A stretch of DNA of 64,000 bases from Candidatus Sumerlaeaceae bacterium (GTDB lineage: Bacteria > Sumerlaeota > Sumerlaeia > Sumerlaeales > Sumerlaeaceae): contig JBPCLP010000011.1 in NCBI GenBank assembly GCA_051003195.1, positions 64,001 to 128,000 of the forward strand, in the 5' to 3' direction. Position numbers and translations under genes: made by a program. The first letter of the stretch is position 1. Each line of letters starts with the position of its first letter. Positions 39,674 through 49,359 of the stretch are shown piece after piece. The notes below the pieces were generated by a model. The model was not told the DNA's origin and searched no databases. It saw only the letters and a program-made list of their open reading frames with translations.

Positions 39674-42060
39674 TCGCCTCTCCTCATTGACTGGTCATCG
39701 ACCGAATAGATGCCCGTTTGCCCAATTGGTTGTGGGTTGCTACTAAGTTCCACACGGACTTCAACTTGTTTTCCATCCGGTCCAACAGCTGTAAAACTCA
39801 GGTAGCCAGGGGCCAGTTCCAGGTAGTGCGTTGCGCCTGTCCGAATCGCAATGCGGCCGCTCCCCTGCTGGACAAGCTTGGGTCCAATGCTGGAATATAT
39901 AAGTGGAGAATTCGCGCCATAGAGCATCGTGACGAAGGTTGCGTTTTTGCCGTGCTGACGCGCAATGACAGCGGGAATTTGATGGAGCGCACTCTCAGCG
40001 GGACATCGCGCCGTGAACCACTCCGTTCCAGAAGTCGGAGGGGCTTCCAACATGAGAAGCGGCTGTGTGCCGCTCGTCCACATCGCGCGGGGGAACTGGT
40101 CTGGCCTGATGCGGGAGGTGTCGGTGAAGTACGAAAGCTGCAGAGTCTGGGTGGTGACGGGTTCAGCGGTTCCGGGGAACTCGATGCTGTCTCCGTCGCC
40201 ATGCAATATCCAGTCGTACTGGTGTTCGATGTCCGCAGTGATCTGATCGAGAACGACCGCGTACTCGGACGTAAGGGCAATTGCGCGGCGCCACGTCGCC
40301 CCGGGGCAGACCTCAGTCGTCTCGGCGCAGGCGAGCTTCACTTGAGGAGTGTCTTTGAACGCGATCAGTCGCCCAAATTTCGTATGGGGCTGGTCCTTGC
40401 CGTCGAAGCGGATTGTGTTATGGCTTTGTGTACTTTTGTAATATGGCATCAGCTTGCTCCCATAACTGCAGGTGCCGTAATCCGCACAAAGCAACTGATT
40501 GCCGGCGAAGTAGGTGATACCCATTTTGTCGGACTGCCCATGACTCAGGAACGGGCCGTAGTCGAATGTCATCATTGTATCCAATTCAGGGCTCCCGCGC
40601 TTCGAGGGCTGACGGAGACAGGCAATTCCAAGCACCGGGAAATTGCTCGCCCCGAAGCCTGGAGGTTCAACCTGAGTGGGGACTATATCATGCACCAGTG
40701 ACCAGGCATCGACAACATCCGGGCTGAGTGTTTTGGCGGCGTCGCCGAGCGCGCGCAACTGTTGCACAGCCCAGCCGAGCTCAGGCAGCTTGTAACGATT
40801 GTATCCGATCTGGTAGATATCCAGTGGGAGGTAGGATCGGAACCACCCGTCGTTAATAGCAGGCAACTGGAAGTTGGGATACATATACCGCAGCGGCGCA
40901 GTGAACATGGCGCGCAGGCCCTTGCCGGGGCGTGCCTGCCAGTTGTATAAATCGATGCCGACATTTGCACAGGCCTCGGCGAGGTGCAGAAATCCTCGCA
41001 TTGGATAGAAGTGATACGTGTGCACCGATTCAGGCCAGAGGCCGTCATCGCCCAGTTGCCTGTCGATCTGGGACTTGAACCCGGCAATCGCGTAGTCGAT
41101 AAACCGCTGGTGCCGCGTCGCCACGCCTACCACCCCGACCGCGGACAAATGCCAGGAGCCCCAGTTACCACCGAGGCCCATTTTTACCAGGCCTTCGGTA
41201 CCTTCCCAGAAGAGGTCGCGCTCGATGTGTTGTTTCTGCGCGTCAGTGAGCGCGCCCGTGTCGGCGATGAGGTCGTAAGCCTGGGCCAGCGTGATGAAGC
41301 TCACGGACTCATCCAGCGACTGGTAGAATATCCCGCCCTGGAGCGCGCCTGTATGACGACCCGGATACGCGTCGGCATATTTGAGGAGGATGTCGGCGGC
41401 TTTCGCGCGGTAGTCGGCGCGTTGTTCTATGGCGCCGGCGAGCGCGAGGTCCAGGCACGCCCTCGTGAGCCACGAATGTTCGACTGCCCGGAACGCACCT
41501 TCGATTTTTGGCCCGCTGTATTGTCGGCCGCATGCGGGGCAGGCGAATTGCGTGGTGGATGTGAGATCGGTGAGAATGCGTGGCGGGTCAGGGGGCTGGA
41601 GTCGCGTTCCATCGACGCAGACGAAGTCGTGCCAGTAGCCGCTGCGGGGTGGTATGGTATTGGGCTGAGTAAGCCAGTGGTCGGCGTTGGTTTTGACGGC
41701 GGTAAGATAGAGCTGGTGCAGGCGGCCGCCGGGGACCGTGTCGCGGCGGAGTTGCTGAAGTTTGTCGGCGGTGAGGAGGACGTAGGGCCGGGTGCTGGTG
41801 GTGACGGAGGTGCAGGGACGTGCTCCGGCGGAGGGATCGGAGAGAGTTGGGGTGGTTTCGGCTGCGAGGGCGGGAGCAGCGAGCGCGGTCGTGCATAAAG
41901 CGGTACTGAAGTACCGCAATCCAAAAGCGCGCAAGCGCGCTATATTCGCTGCGGCAGCCAAGCACAAAGCGGTGCTAGAGCAGGTGAAGCGATGCTGCGC
42001 AAGCGCAGCGGCCCGCAGTCCAAAAGCGCGCAAGCGCGCTATGATTTTTTCCGAGGTCAC
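39655..42060 (-). CDS. Heparinase II/III-like (oligoalginate lyase-like) polysaccharide lyase
   Basis: QSLDES, NWGSW, DGLWPES..YH.Y, NDGW, HGQSDK, SHNTI; GTG start overlapping the upstream TGA. Confidence 0.8.
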   Translation of the reverse strand: MTSEKIIARLRAFGLRAAALAQHRFTCSSTALCLAAAANIARLRAFGLRYFSTALCTTALAAPALAAETTPTLSDPSAGARPCTSVTTSTRPYVLLTADKLQQLRRDTVPGGRLHQLYLTAVKTNADHWLTQPNTIPPRSGYWHDFVCVDGTRLQPPDPPRILTDLTSTTQFACPACGRQYSGPKIEGAFRAVEHSWLTRACLDLALAGAIEQRADYRAKAADILLKYADAYPGRHTGALQGGIFYQSLDESVSFITLAQAYDLIADTGALTDAQKQHIERDLFWEGTEGLVKMGLGGNWGSWHLSAVGVVGVATRHQRFIDYAIAGFKSQIDRQLGDDGLWPESVHTYHFYPMRGFLHLAEACANVGIDLYNWQARPGKGLRAMFTAPLRYMYPNFQLPAINDGWFRSYLPLDIYQIGYNRYKLPELGWAVQQLRALGDAAKTLSPDVVDAWSLVHDIVPTQVEPPGFGASNFPVLGIACLRQPSKRGSPELDTMMTFDYGPFLSHGQSDKMGITYFAGNQLLCADYGTCSYGSKLMPYYKSTQSHNTIRFDGKDQPHTKFGRLIAFKDTPQVKLACAETTEVCPGATWRRAIALTSEYAVVLDQITADIEHQYDWILHGDGDSIEFPGTAEPVTTQTLQLSYFTDTSRIRPDQFPRAMWTSGTQPLLMLEAPPTSGTEWFTARCPAESALHQIPAVIARQHGKNATFVTMLYGANSPLIYSSIGPKLVQQGSGRIAIRTGATHYLELAPGYLSFTAVGPDGKQVEVRVELSSNPQPIGQTGIYSVDDQSMRRGECRLPM
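41897..42042. repeat. Two REP-like units within the 5' end of the lyase gene
   Basis: AAAGCGGT..CCGCA.TCCAAAAGCGCGCAAGCGCGCTAT twice. Confidence 0.65.
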
Positions 42061-44378
42061 TCGATGGTGATTTGCTGGTCTGCGAACGAGAATCGAATGC
42101 GGGTGGAATCGTCGAGTGTGACGGCGAACGGTCGCGAAAGCGAGAACGGCTCTGCCTTGCATTTAGAGACCAACTGGCGCGTTGCGGTATGATCCCTGGC
42201 GGGATAGAACACCACGACTGTCGGAGAGATCGCAGGCGCGGAGGTAGTATTGTCGATCGCGATACTGTTTAGTGCAAACGGTTGCTCGAGGCGACCGTTG
42301 CCGATCTTGTGGTTCTCAAGGTACGTCTGGCGTCCGCTGCTTTGTAGAACTCCGATGCCAAGCTTGTCGTCAAGGTTGTACCAGCTGGAATGCAACGCGA
42401 CGGGTTGCGTAATTTCCGGTCCATCGGCAGTAAACGTTTTGCTGTCGCTCTCGTAGAACAGTTGACGCTTTGCGCGCGAGTAGACCCAGTGCTGATCGTT
42501 GAGCACAGCGAGTAATCCCAGATCGATCTGTTTCACTTGGGCTGATGTCGTAACCTCGACGTGATCCGCATACACAGCGCGTCCGTCCGGCAGAGCGACG
42601 AACGCGAAGTGTTGCCGCGCGACATTGCCGCCGCGCATCATCTTGCCGATGACGCCTAATGTGCTGCTGCTTTCAATTCTCCGCACCGATTCAATTTTCG
42701 GTGGGTCGTCCTTCAGGCCTTGTATTACAATGCGGCCGATCATGCTACGCTCGTTCGGCGACAACAGCAGGTCCTTATCGAGCGGCATGACCATTCCCAT
42801 AACCTGCTTGCCCCAGGAAAAGCTCGCGATGGAGTTCTGGGTACGCAGCAATGCGAACTTGCCCGCGGAGAATGGATGCAGCCCGGCGACGCTGGCGCGA
42901 TAAGTTTCTTCGCTGACCGGTTGCACCGGTTCGCCAAGCATTCCAACCGCATGAAACATCAGCGCCAGCATTTCGAGTGTGAATGGTTGCGTGGAAGGAA
43001 AGCTGAATTCCTCCGGTAGAAATACACCGCCGTTATCGTCGCGCGCGCGCATCCGCTCCACGCATTCGAATCCATTGTTCAACAGCCGGCTGGCGTGAAC
43101 ATCTTTATTAAGCACGGCCTGCATGATATGCGACTCGGTCCATTGCGGGTTGCGATGCAGTTGCCAGTCCTGGCCGTTCGGATAAATGTATCCGCCATCG
43201 GGCAGCGACAGCTTTTTCAGCGTGCCGTAAACGCCGGTCGTGTTGTAGTCGAGCACCTGCGGTACCGGCCTGCCCGCCCAGGTGTAAACCTCGCGCTGGA
43301 AGAGCAGGATGTTCACCGTGTTCATGTAATCCGGATGCACACGATGATGGTTCTCGAGCGTGAAATCGTCGTGGATGTTGGGGCCCGTGCCGGCCAGCCA
43401 CTCTGCGATGGTTTTGCCGTCATAGACGGCCGAGGAATTGAGATCGGACTTTCGCGCGAAAGAACTCACGGCCCAGCGAAGCGCGGTGGTCCGCCACTGC
43501 TCGCTGTGCGGGTGGTTCGGAAACATGCAGTAAGCCAGCGAGATGACCGTCGAGTTCCAGGCATTCTCTTCGGCCTTGGTATCGTTCTCGATCTGCGAGG
43601 GAGGAATTTTGTCGATGAAGCGGTCGGCTTCGTCGCAAATCATACGCGCGGCCAGCCAGCGCATTTCGGGCGTCAGCTCGTCCCACAGCAGCCAGCAGCC
43701 GCGACCCGCGGTGTTGGCCCACAGCGCGGATTGCCACTGGTCGTACCACTGTTTACCGTCGTTGCATTTTGCACCGCCGGCGCGGTGCGTGGGCAGAATG
43801 AGGCGCAGCAGCGCGAAAGCTTTTTCGCGACATCCGTCGCGAGAAAGACCCGGCAGGTATCCGTCCGTGATCGAAGCGCGCAGCGACGCGAGGCCGTACA
43901 CCAGGTGTGCGTTCGGGCGGATGTCGTGCTCTTTGGATTTCGATGGGGTGAGGGTAAGTGCGGCAGGGTCGCCGGACCATGGTTTAAGCAGGCTGCAGAC
44001 GTAGCGTGCCTGCTGGTGCATGGCAGGTACGAGCCGCTTTTGCCACGGGCTGTTTGCATCGCGCATGATGGGTTTCGGAGCCGTGGTGGCGAATGGGCCC
44101 GCGAGGTCGGCATGGATTTCCGCGGCGGGAGGAAGTTGGGCGATTGCGGGCATGTGGGCAGCGATGCCGAGTGTGAGGACAAAACACACAGCCAAGAAAC
44201 GTGGGACCTTTCGTGAGCTGCGGGCGAAAGCGATATTCCAGTTAATGTGGCCTGGCAGTGTTGACAGATAGGTAAAGTTTCTTCGGGCGCGCTCCGCGCG
44301 TAGAGAAAGCGGCGGCAAGCCGCGCGCACTCCAAATTGGCGCCGCGCACGTTGTAGCGATGCTTGGCGACCTGTGCAT
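42057..44378 (-). CDS. Secreted uncharacterised protein, candidate polysaccharide lyase
   Basis: Signal peptide; motifs shared with 47115-49295; located in uronate locus. Confidence 0.75.
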   Translation of the reverse strand: MHRSPSIATTCAAPIWSARGLPPLSLRAERARRNFTYLSTLPGHINWNIAFARSSRKVPRFLAVCFVLTLGIAAHMPAIAQLPPAAEIHADLAGPFATTAPKPIMRDANSPWQKRLVPAMHQQARYVCSLLKPWSGDPAALTLTPSKSKEHDIRPNAHLVYGLASLRASITDGYLPGLSRDGCREKAFALLRLILPTHRAGGAKCNDGKQWYDQWQSALWANTAGRGCWLLWDELTPEMRWLAARMICDEADRFIDKIPPSQIENDTKAEENAWNSTVISLAYCMFPNHPHSEQWRTTALRWAVSSFARKSDLNSSAVYDGKTIAEWLAGTGPNIHDDFTLENHHRVHPDYMNTVNILLFQREVYTWAGRPVPQVLDYNTTGVYGTLKKLSLPDGGYIYPNGQDWQLHRNPQWTESHIMQAVLNKDVHASRLLNNGFECVERMRARDDNGGVFLPEEFSFPSTQPFTLEMLALMFHAVGMLGEPVQPVSEETYRASVAGLHPFSAGKFALLRTQNSIASFSWGKQVMGMVMPLDKDLLLSPNERSMIGRIVIQGLKDDPPKIESVRRIESSSTLGVIGKMMRGGNVARQHFAFVALPDGRAVYADHVEVTTSAQVKQIDLGLLAVLNDQHWVYSRAKRQLFYESDSKTFTADGPEITQPVALHSSWYNLDDKLGIGVLQSSGRQTYLENHKIGNGRLEQPFALNSIAIDNTTSAPAISPTVVVFYPARDHTATRQLVSKCKAEPFSLSRPFAVTLDDSTRIRFSFADQQITIE

Positions 44379-44383
44379 CAGTT

Positions 44384-46255
44384 TTACCAGCTCCGCTGGC
44401 CGATGAACTTCGCGACGCCGTCGATGTTACCCAGGAAGAACATGGCGCGCAGTTGTTTTTGTGCGGCGACGTCGCTGGCCAGTTTTTCGTCCAGCGTGCG
44501 GAAGAGTTTCATCTTCAGCCAATAGGCGAACTCGTATTTTTCATTGGTGCCGGCAGCGATTGCGAGATCGTCGAGTTCCGGTGTGTTGAGCCCGGCTTTC
44601 CATGCCGCGCGATAGAGCGTCTGCGCTTCCTGCCATGACTTGTCGGCTAACGCCTGGAACATCTTGTGCATACCCTGCCATTTCTCGGTGGCCGGTGTGA
44701 TTAGTTGCGCCACATCCGCCTGCTTGCCGCCAGCGCCAGTGCCGAGTTCGTTGAGGTTCACGACCATCTCGGGCGTGCGGTCGCCGTTGGTGTCGTAGGT
44801 TATCTCGTCGATGTAGCCGTTTTTGTCGGTGTCTTTGTAGAGCACGACTTCCTCGAGCTTATCAGCTTTTTCCGGGTTTGAATTGCCCTTGTTCGGTCCT
44901 GCACCGCCCCAGAACTTTGCGCCGTAATCGACGAGCCATGCGCCCCACTCTGCGCCGTAGAGATGAATCTTGCCGTCCCAGCGACCGACGTAAATTTTTC
45001 CTCCGCCGCTGAAGTCCTGGTCGAACTCGCCGCGATCGCCGAGGGTATCGCTCTGTACGTGCCCTGCAATGCCGCCCGTTGTTCCCTTATCGCCGCCACG
45101 CGCGAACTTGCCCATCACGTAGGGATCTGTCGACACGCCGTCGCGCTCGGGGTAGTAGAGCTCGACGCGTTCCCAGCGGTGGTCGTCATCGTCCTCGTCG
45201 AAGCACAGCCACACGTTGCCCCATTTCGGCTTGAACAGCTCGTCGTAGCATTTGCCGTGCGGCACGTAGACGAACTCGTCGATCTTGCGCCATGCGTTCT
45301 CGCGGAAAAATGGCAGCGACCATTCGGGGGCTTTCAGGCCGCGATGCTTCACGTGGTGGTTTGTGTAATTCAGCTTTTCGCCCCCGCTGAAGCGAAATGT
45401 AAGATCGTAATCCATTTCATTTCGACGGCCAGTGTCGTTATCGAGGTCGTAGGTTACATATCCGTCATCGATGGTGCCATCGTACTTCCATCCGCCGAAG
45501 TCGGATTTCGCGTCTTTGATCCGTTCCTTATTGTCGCAGTAGCGTATCGCCATCTCGGTAACGCCATCATTGTCGAAGTCATAAAACGCGAACGGGTTTT
45601 CCCAGTTGAGGCGTGGGTCCTGAATGCCCCAGACCGGCAGGTGCTCCTTTAAAAAAATGGAGTTGCCGTTATAGTCCGGCGAGAAGTTCGGATCGTCGCC
45701 CGGCGGCTGATGCCAGCAGTCGAAATGATAGTCTGCGTCCCAATCGACAAAGCCGTTAACGCCATCCTTGTCGATGTCTTCAAAAACCATATAGTGCGCG
45801 GCGTTTGAAGCCACCGTTTTTTGTTTCAGGTTGGGATTGATGGCGAACACCTGTGCTTCGGCTTTGCCGTCCTTGTCGTTGTCCACCCATTTGATGTTCA
45901 TGTCGTCGGGACCATCGTAGTAGCCGTCACCGTCACGGTCGACCTGCATGCAGTCGGCGGCGATGTCGCCTTTGATGTCGTGCTCGGTGGCGTCGTCGTT
46001 TTCGTCGAGGAAGCGCACGCGCTTGCCGTGGAACCAGCTCTCGATGATGTCGGGATCACCGTCGCCGTCAAGGTCGGTGCGGAGGACCTGCGTGGAACTG
46101 GTGTCGTTGCCCTCGAGCTTGGATTTGCGGGGCGAGGCGGGGTCGGTCTCGGATAAGTAAACCTGCTGTCCGCCGGTGGTCTGGGTGTCGCGCTGCGCGA
46201 TCGCGGCGCTCGCAATGGCTCCGCAGATATAAAGGCACACGATTCTCTTCGACAT
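44384..46255 (-). CDS. Secreted Asp-rich protein with multiple DxDxDG loops
   Basis: GGAGG RBS, signal peptide, about 8 Dx[DN]xDG-like motifs. Confidence 0.8.
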   Translation of the reverse strand: MSKRIVCLYICGAIASAAIAQRDTQTTGGQQVYLSETDPASPRKSKLEGNDTSSTQVLRTDLDGDGDPDIIESWFHGKRVRFLDENDDATEHDIKGDIAADCMQVDRDGDGYYDGPDDMNIKWVDNDKDGKAEAQVFAINPNLKQKTVASNAAHYMVFEDIDKDGVNGFVDWDADYHFDCWHQPPGDDPNFSPDYNGNSIFLKEHLPVWGIQDPRLNWENPFAFYDFDNDGVTEMAIRYCDNKERIKDAKSDFGGWKYDGTIDDGYVTYDLDNDTGRRNEMDYDLTFRFSGGEKLNYTNHHVKHRGLKAPEWSLPFFRENAWRKIDEFVYVPHGKCYDELFKPKWGNVWLCFDEDDDDHRWERVELYYPERDGVSTDPYVMGKFARGGDKGTTGGIAGHVQSDTLGDRGEFDQDFSGGGKIYVGRWDGKIHLYGAEWGAWLVDYGAKFWGGAGPNKGNSNPEKADKLEEVVLYKDTDKNGYIDEITYDTNGDRTPEMVVNLNELGTGAGGKQADVAQLITPATEKWQGMHKMFQALADKSWQEAQTLYRAAWKAGLNTPELDDLAIAAGTNEKYEFAYWLKMKLFRTLDEKLASDVAAQKQLRAMFFLGNIDGVAKFIGQRSW

Positions 46256-46286
46256 CTATATTCCTCCGACAATTGCATTGATTTTA

Positions 46287-46347
46287 ACCACGGATTACAC
46301 GGAAAACACGGAGTGACGGAATCCGTGTGTTCTGTGTAATTCGTGGT
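46287..46347. repeat. CCACGGATTACACGG-type palindromic repeat
   Basis: ACCACGGATTACACGGAAAACACGGA...TCCGTGTGTTCTGTGTAATTCGTGGT; related copy at 49241-49302. Confidence 0.7.
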
Positions 46348-46353
46348 CAGGAA

Positions 46354-47118
46354 TTAACGTCCAAGCCAGCCTCCGTCGACGGGGTAGACGGTGCCGTGGC
46401 AGTAATCGGATGCGTGGCTGGCAAGGAAGACGACCATGCCGGCGAGGTCTTCGGGCTTGCCCCAACGACCCGCGGGTATACGATCAAGGATCGACTTGTT
46501 CCGGACGGGATCATCCTGCAGGGCCTGGGTGTTGCGCGTGGCGATGTAGCCCGGCGCGATCGCATTCACGTTGATGTTCTTGGACGCCCATTCATTGGCG
46601 AGCGTCTTGGTAATTCCGGCGAGCCCCGACTTCGATGCCGTATACGACGGCACGAGGATGCCGCCCTGGAACGACAGCAGCGACGCGACGTTGATGATCT
46701 TGCCGGGCTTGTCCTGCTCGACGAAATGCCTGGCGGCAGCTTGCGCCAGGAAGAACGCGGATTTCAGGTTCACGTTCATCACTGCGTCCCAGTCTTCTTC
46801 CGTGAACTCAAGCGACGGCGCGCGGCGAATGGTGCCCGCATTGTTAACAAGGACGTCAATGGAGCCGACCGCATCGAGCGCGCGGGCGACGACGGTGCGC
46901 GTCTGGTCCATCTTCTCAAGGTCGGCCGTAATGCCGATGAACTTGCGGCCCGTCGCCTCCACCGCTGCCTGCGTTTCCGCGAAATTCCCGCTGCTGCCCA
47001 CGCCTGCAATATCGGCGCCGGCTTGCGCAAGAGCGATGCAAAATGCGCGGCCGATGCCCGTGCTGGCGCCAGTGACCAACGCAATTGTCCCCTCTAAATT
47101 AAAAAGCCTGGCGCTCAA
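46354..47118 (-). CDS. kduD: 2-deoxy-D-gluconate 3-dehydrogenase (SDR)
   Basis: TGASTGIG, NNAGTIRR, SLLSFQGG..VPSYTASK, IPAGRWG, DGGWL. Confidence 0.88.
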   Translation of the reverse strand: MSARLFNLEGTIALVTGASTGIGRAFCIALAQAGADIAGVGSSGNFAETQAAVEATGRKFIGITADLEKMDQTRTVVARALDAVGSIDVLVNNAGTIRRAPSLEFTEEDWDAVMNVNLKSAFFLAQAAARHFVEQDKPGKIINVASLLSFQGGILVPSYTASKSGLAGITKTLANEWASKNINVNAIAPGYIATRNTQALQDDPVRNKSILDRIPAGRWGKPEDLAGMVVFLASHASDYCHGTVYPVDGGWLGR

Positions 47119-49295
47119 TTTATCCTCCCTGGAAAATCTGTATTATCAGAAAAGTACGTGCTGTACTGCCATTCACTTGTGGTAAGCTGCGGCGCCTGAT
47201 GCGCGGCGTCCTCAATTCGGTTGAGAAAACCGCCAGTAAAGTGTACGTCCCGTAATCCCACGTCGTAGACCTTGATCTGGTCACGAAAGTCCATCCCGAG
47301 TTTGTTGGCGTAGGCGTTAGTGCTTCCGGCTGTTAGCGACGGCAGTAATTGGATAGCAGTAGTCTCACTGCAGTCGATGAGATCAATCGCAGCGGATTTA
47401 CGTGTCCATTTCCCTGCAGGCTTGTACGTAAGTCTGGAACGAGTGATCACCGAAAATGAATCATCTATATTGATCCAGTTCCAGCACGTAACGGGCTCCT
47501 GCGATGCAAGCGCCGGGATCGATCGTGCGCGTTCCTGGTCCGACCATAACTGTCGACCAGGCGTGGTCAGCGAGTCGTTTTCAATTCCCAGAGGCCCGAG
47601 CGGATTGGTTCCGAGCACCACAACTGAATTCGGAAGTGCAATGAGTGCAGCACGTTCATTATTGGTGCCTCGCAACAACACTCCTGCGACCGACGGTGCG
47701 GCTTGCAAAACGCTGCTCTCGTTTTTTGCGTTCGGCTTTGCGTGGTACACTATTGGTGCTCCAAATGACAGCCCTGTTGGCAGGAGACCTTTCTCAACAG
47801 GCAGAGTCATGTACATTCCTGTCGTCGTGTGGCCGTCCACCAGCGCGTAGATTGTTGCCATTGGTTTTACGCCCCACGACGCGGTAACCAGGAATTTCTC
47901 ATTCCGGTGCACCCACACCTTTGCGTCAGGATAGAACCACGTCTGCGCTTTTTGCTCTGTGTTTTCCTCTGTGTCTCTGTGCCTCTGTGGTTCAGCTTTT
48001 TCTATATCTACGGCCAGCTCGTGATGTAGCAGTGCCGTGCTTGCCCGCTTACACACCAGCGGTTCCCACCACCACTCCAGGTTGCTGTCGCCCAGCAACC
48101 GCCCCGGTGGCGACACCTCGCGCCGACGCTGCACATGCTTAATTCCCTCCCCTTCCGCGTCCGCGGCCACCGGATCCCCCAGCGCTGTCGCGATGTAGGC
48201 GAGATAACTCTGGATCGTTGAGCAGTGGAAGGTCCAATCGTTACCATTTGGAAAAGCGAACTCGCCGCTGGGGAGCAGCAATGGACGCGCAATCTTCTCC
48301 CACACATCGCGCACGTGGTGCAACGCGTACGGGCGAAACTCCTCCGCGCGTTTGGTTACATGCAGTCGATCCCCCAGCGCAAGGATAAGCCACGCTTCTC
48401 CGAGGTGCTGTCCGCTTACTTGCACGTAATCGGGATGAAAGAAGCCGTGATTGAACATCGTCCAGTCCGGCAGCAGGCTGGCGGTGGAGACCAGCTCGCT
48501 GATTATATCTGTGCCTACGGTGGCGGTGCTCGTGCGGTCGCTGGGATGCGAGTAAGTGTTCAAGGCGTAGACTTTCAACGCGCGCCACCACGTGTCACCC
48601 CTTGGATCTTTGGGCGCCAGAGCGAGCGCTAGTGCCGGTGCCGCGGTGTTCCAGCCGTTTTCCTCCGCACCGGTGTCGCCCTGCGCCGCCACATAGTCCT
48701 TCGGCGGCATTGCGGCGATCCGGTCTGCCTCCGCGCCGGCAATGCGTGTGATTCCATCCCGCTGTGGCGTCGAAAGCTCGTCCCAGCAGAGCAGAACGGC
48801 TGGTCCCACTGCCCCCAGCCACAGCGGCGACTGCCACCAGAAACCCCACTGCGGCTGTTGCGCGGGCTGTCTAGACTTGTGGTGCGTGATCAGGTAATCC
48901 AACTGCGCTTTTGCGTAACTGGTCAGCTCGTCGCGGGACAAGCCGCAAGCGTCCAACCGCGCCCGATCCTCAGCCGCGATCCAGCCTTTATCCAGCCCGC
49001 GGGCGAGCATCACATAAGTGAGCATGGTGTTACACATTCCGCGCACGGCGCCGTTCTGGTTTTTGGCGTCGATGCCGTCGCCCCAGTAGCCTCCCGGCTC
49101 AGCCTCGTGCCAAATCGACTTCGCGTAACACCCGTACGTCGTGAGCACGTTCATATACTCGCGCGCCATCATTGGCACCCCGGACGCCTCTGCAGCCAAG
49201 GCGCGGCTCCCGCAGAACAAGAAAAAGCCAAAAACAAAAAACCATGGATTACACAGATTACACGGATTGGGGCTTATCCGTGTTTTCCGTGTCAT
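47115..49295 (-). CDS. Secreted uncharacterised protein, candidate polysaccharide lyase (paralog of 42057-44378)
   Basis: WQSPLW, DTGAEENGWN, NHGFFHPDY, PNGNDW. Confidence 0.75.
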   Translation of the reverse strand: MTRKTRISPNPCNLCNPWFFVFGFFLFCGSRALAAEASGVPMMAREYMNVLTTYGCYAKSIWHEAEPGGYWGDGIDAKNQNGAVRGMCNTMLTYVMLARGLDKGWIAAEDRARLDACGLSRDELTSYAKAQLDYLITHHKSRQPAQQPQWGFWWQSPLWLGAVGPAVLLCWDELSTPQRDGITRIAGAEADRIAAMPPKDYVAAQGDTGAEENGWNTAAPALALALAPKDPRGDTWWRALKVYALNTYSHPSDRTSTATVGTDIISELVSTASLLPDWTMFNHGFFHPDYVQVSGQHLGEAWLILALGDRLHVTKRAEEFRPYALHHVRDVWEKIARPLLLPSGEFAFPNGNDWTFHCSTIQSYLAYIATALGDPVAADAEGEGIKHVQRRREVSPPGRLLGDSNLEWWWEPLVCKRASTALLHHELAVDIEKAEPQRHRDTEENTEQKAQTWFYPDAKVWVHRNEKFLVTASWGVKPMATIYALVDGHTTTGMYMTLPVEKGLLPTGLSFGAPIVYHAKPNAKNESSVLQAAPSVAGVLLRGTNNERAALIALPNSVVVLGTNPLGPLGIENDSLTTPGRQLWSDQERARSIPALASQEPVTCWNWINIDDSFSVITRSRLTYKPAGKWTRKSAAIDLIDCSETTAIQLLPSLTAGSTNAYANKLGMDFRDQIKVYDVGLRDVHFTGGFLNRIEDAAHQAPQLTTSEWQYSTYFSDNTDFPGRIN

Positions 49296-49359
49296 CCGTG
49301 GTTTGAATATTGTCCTGAGGTGCTTCAGTGCAGTCCGATTCGTGTCAGAGATTCGTGGA

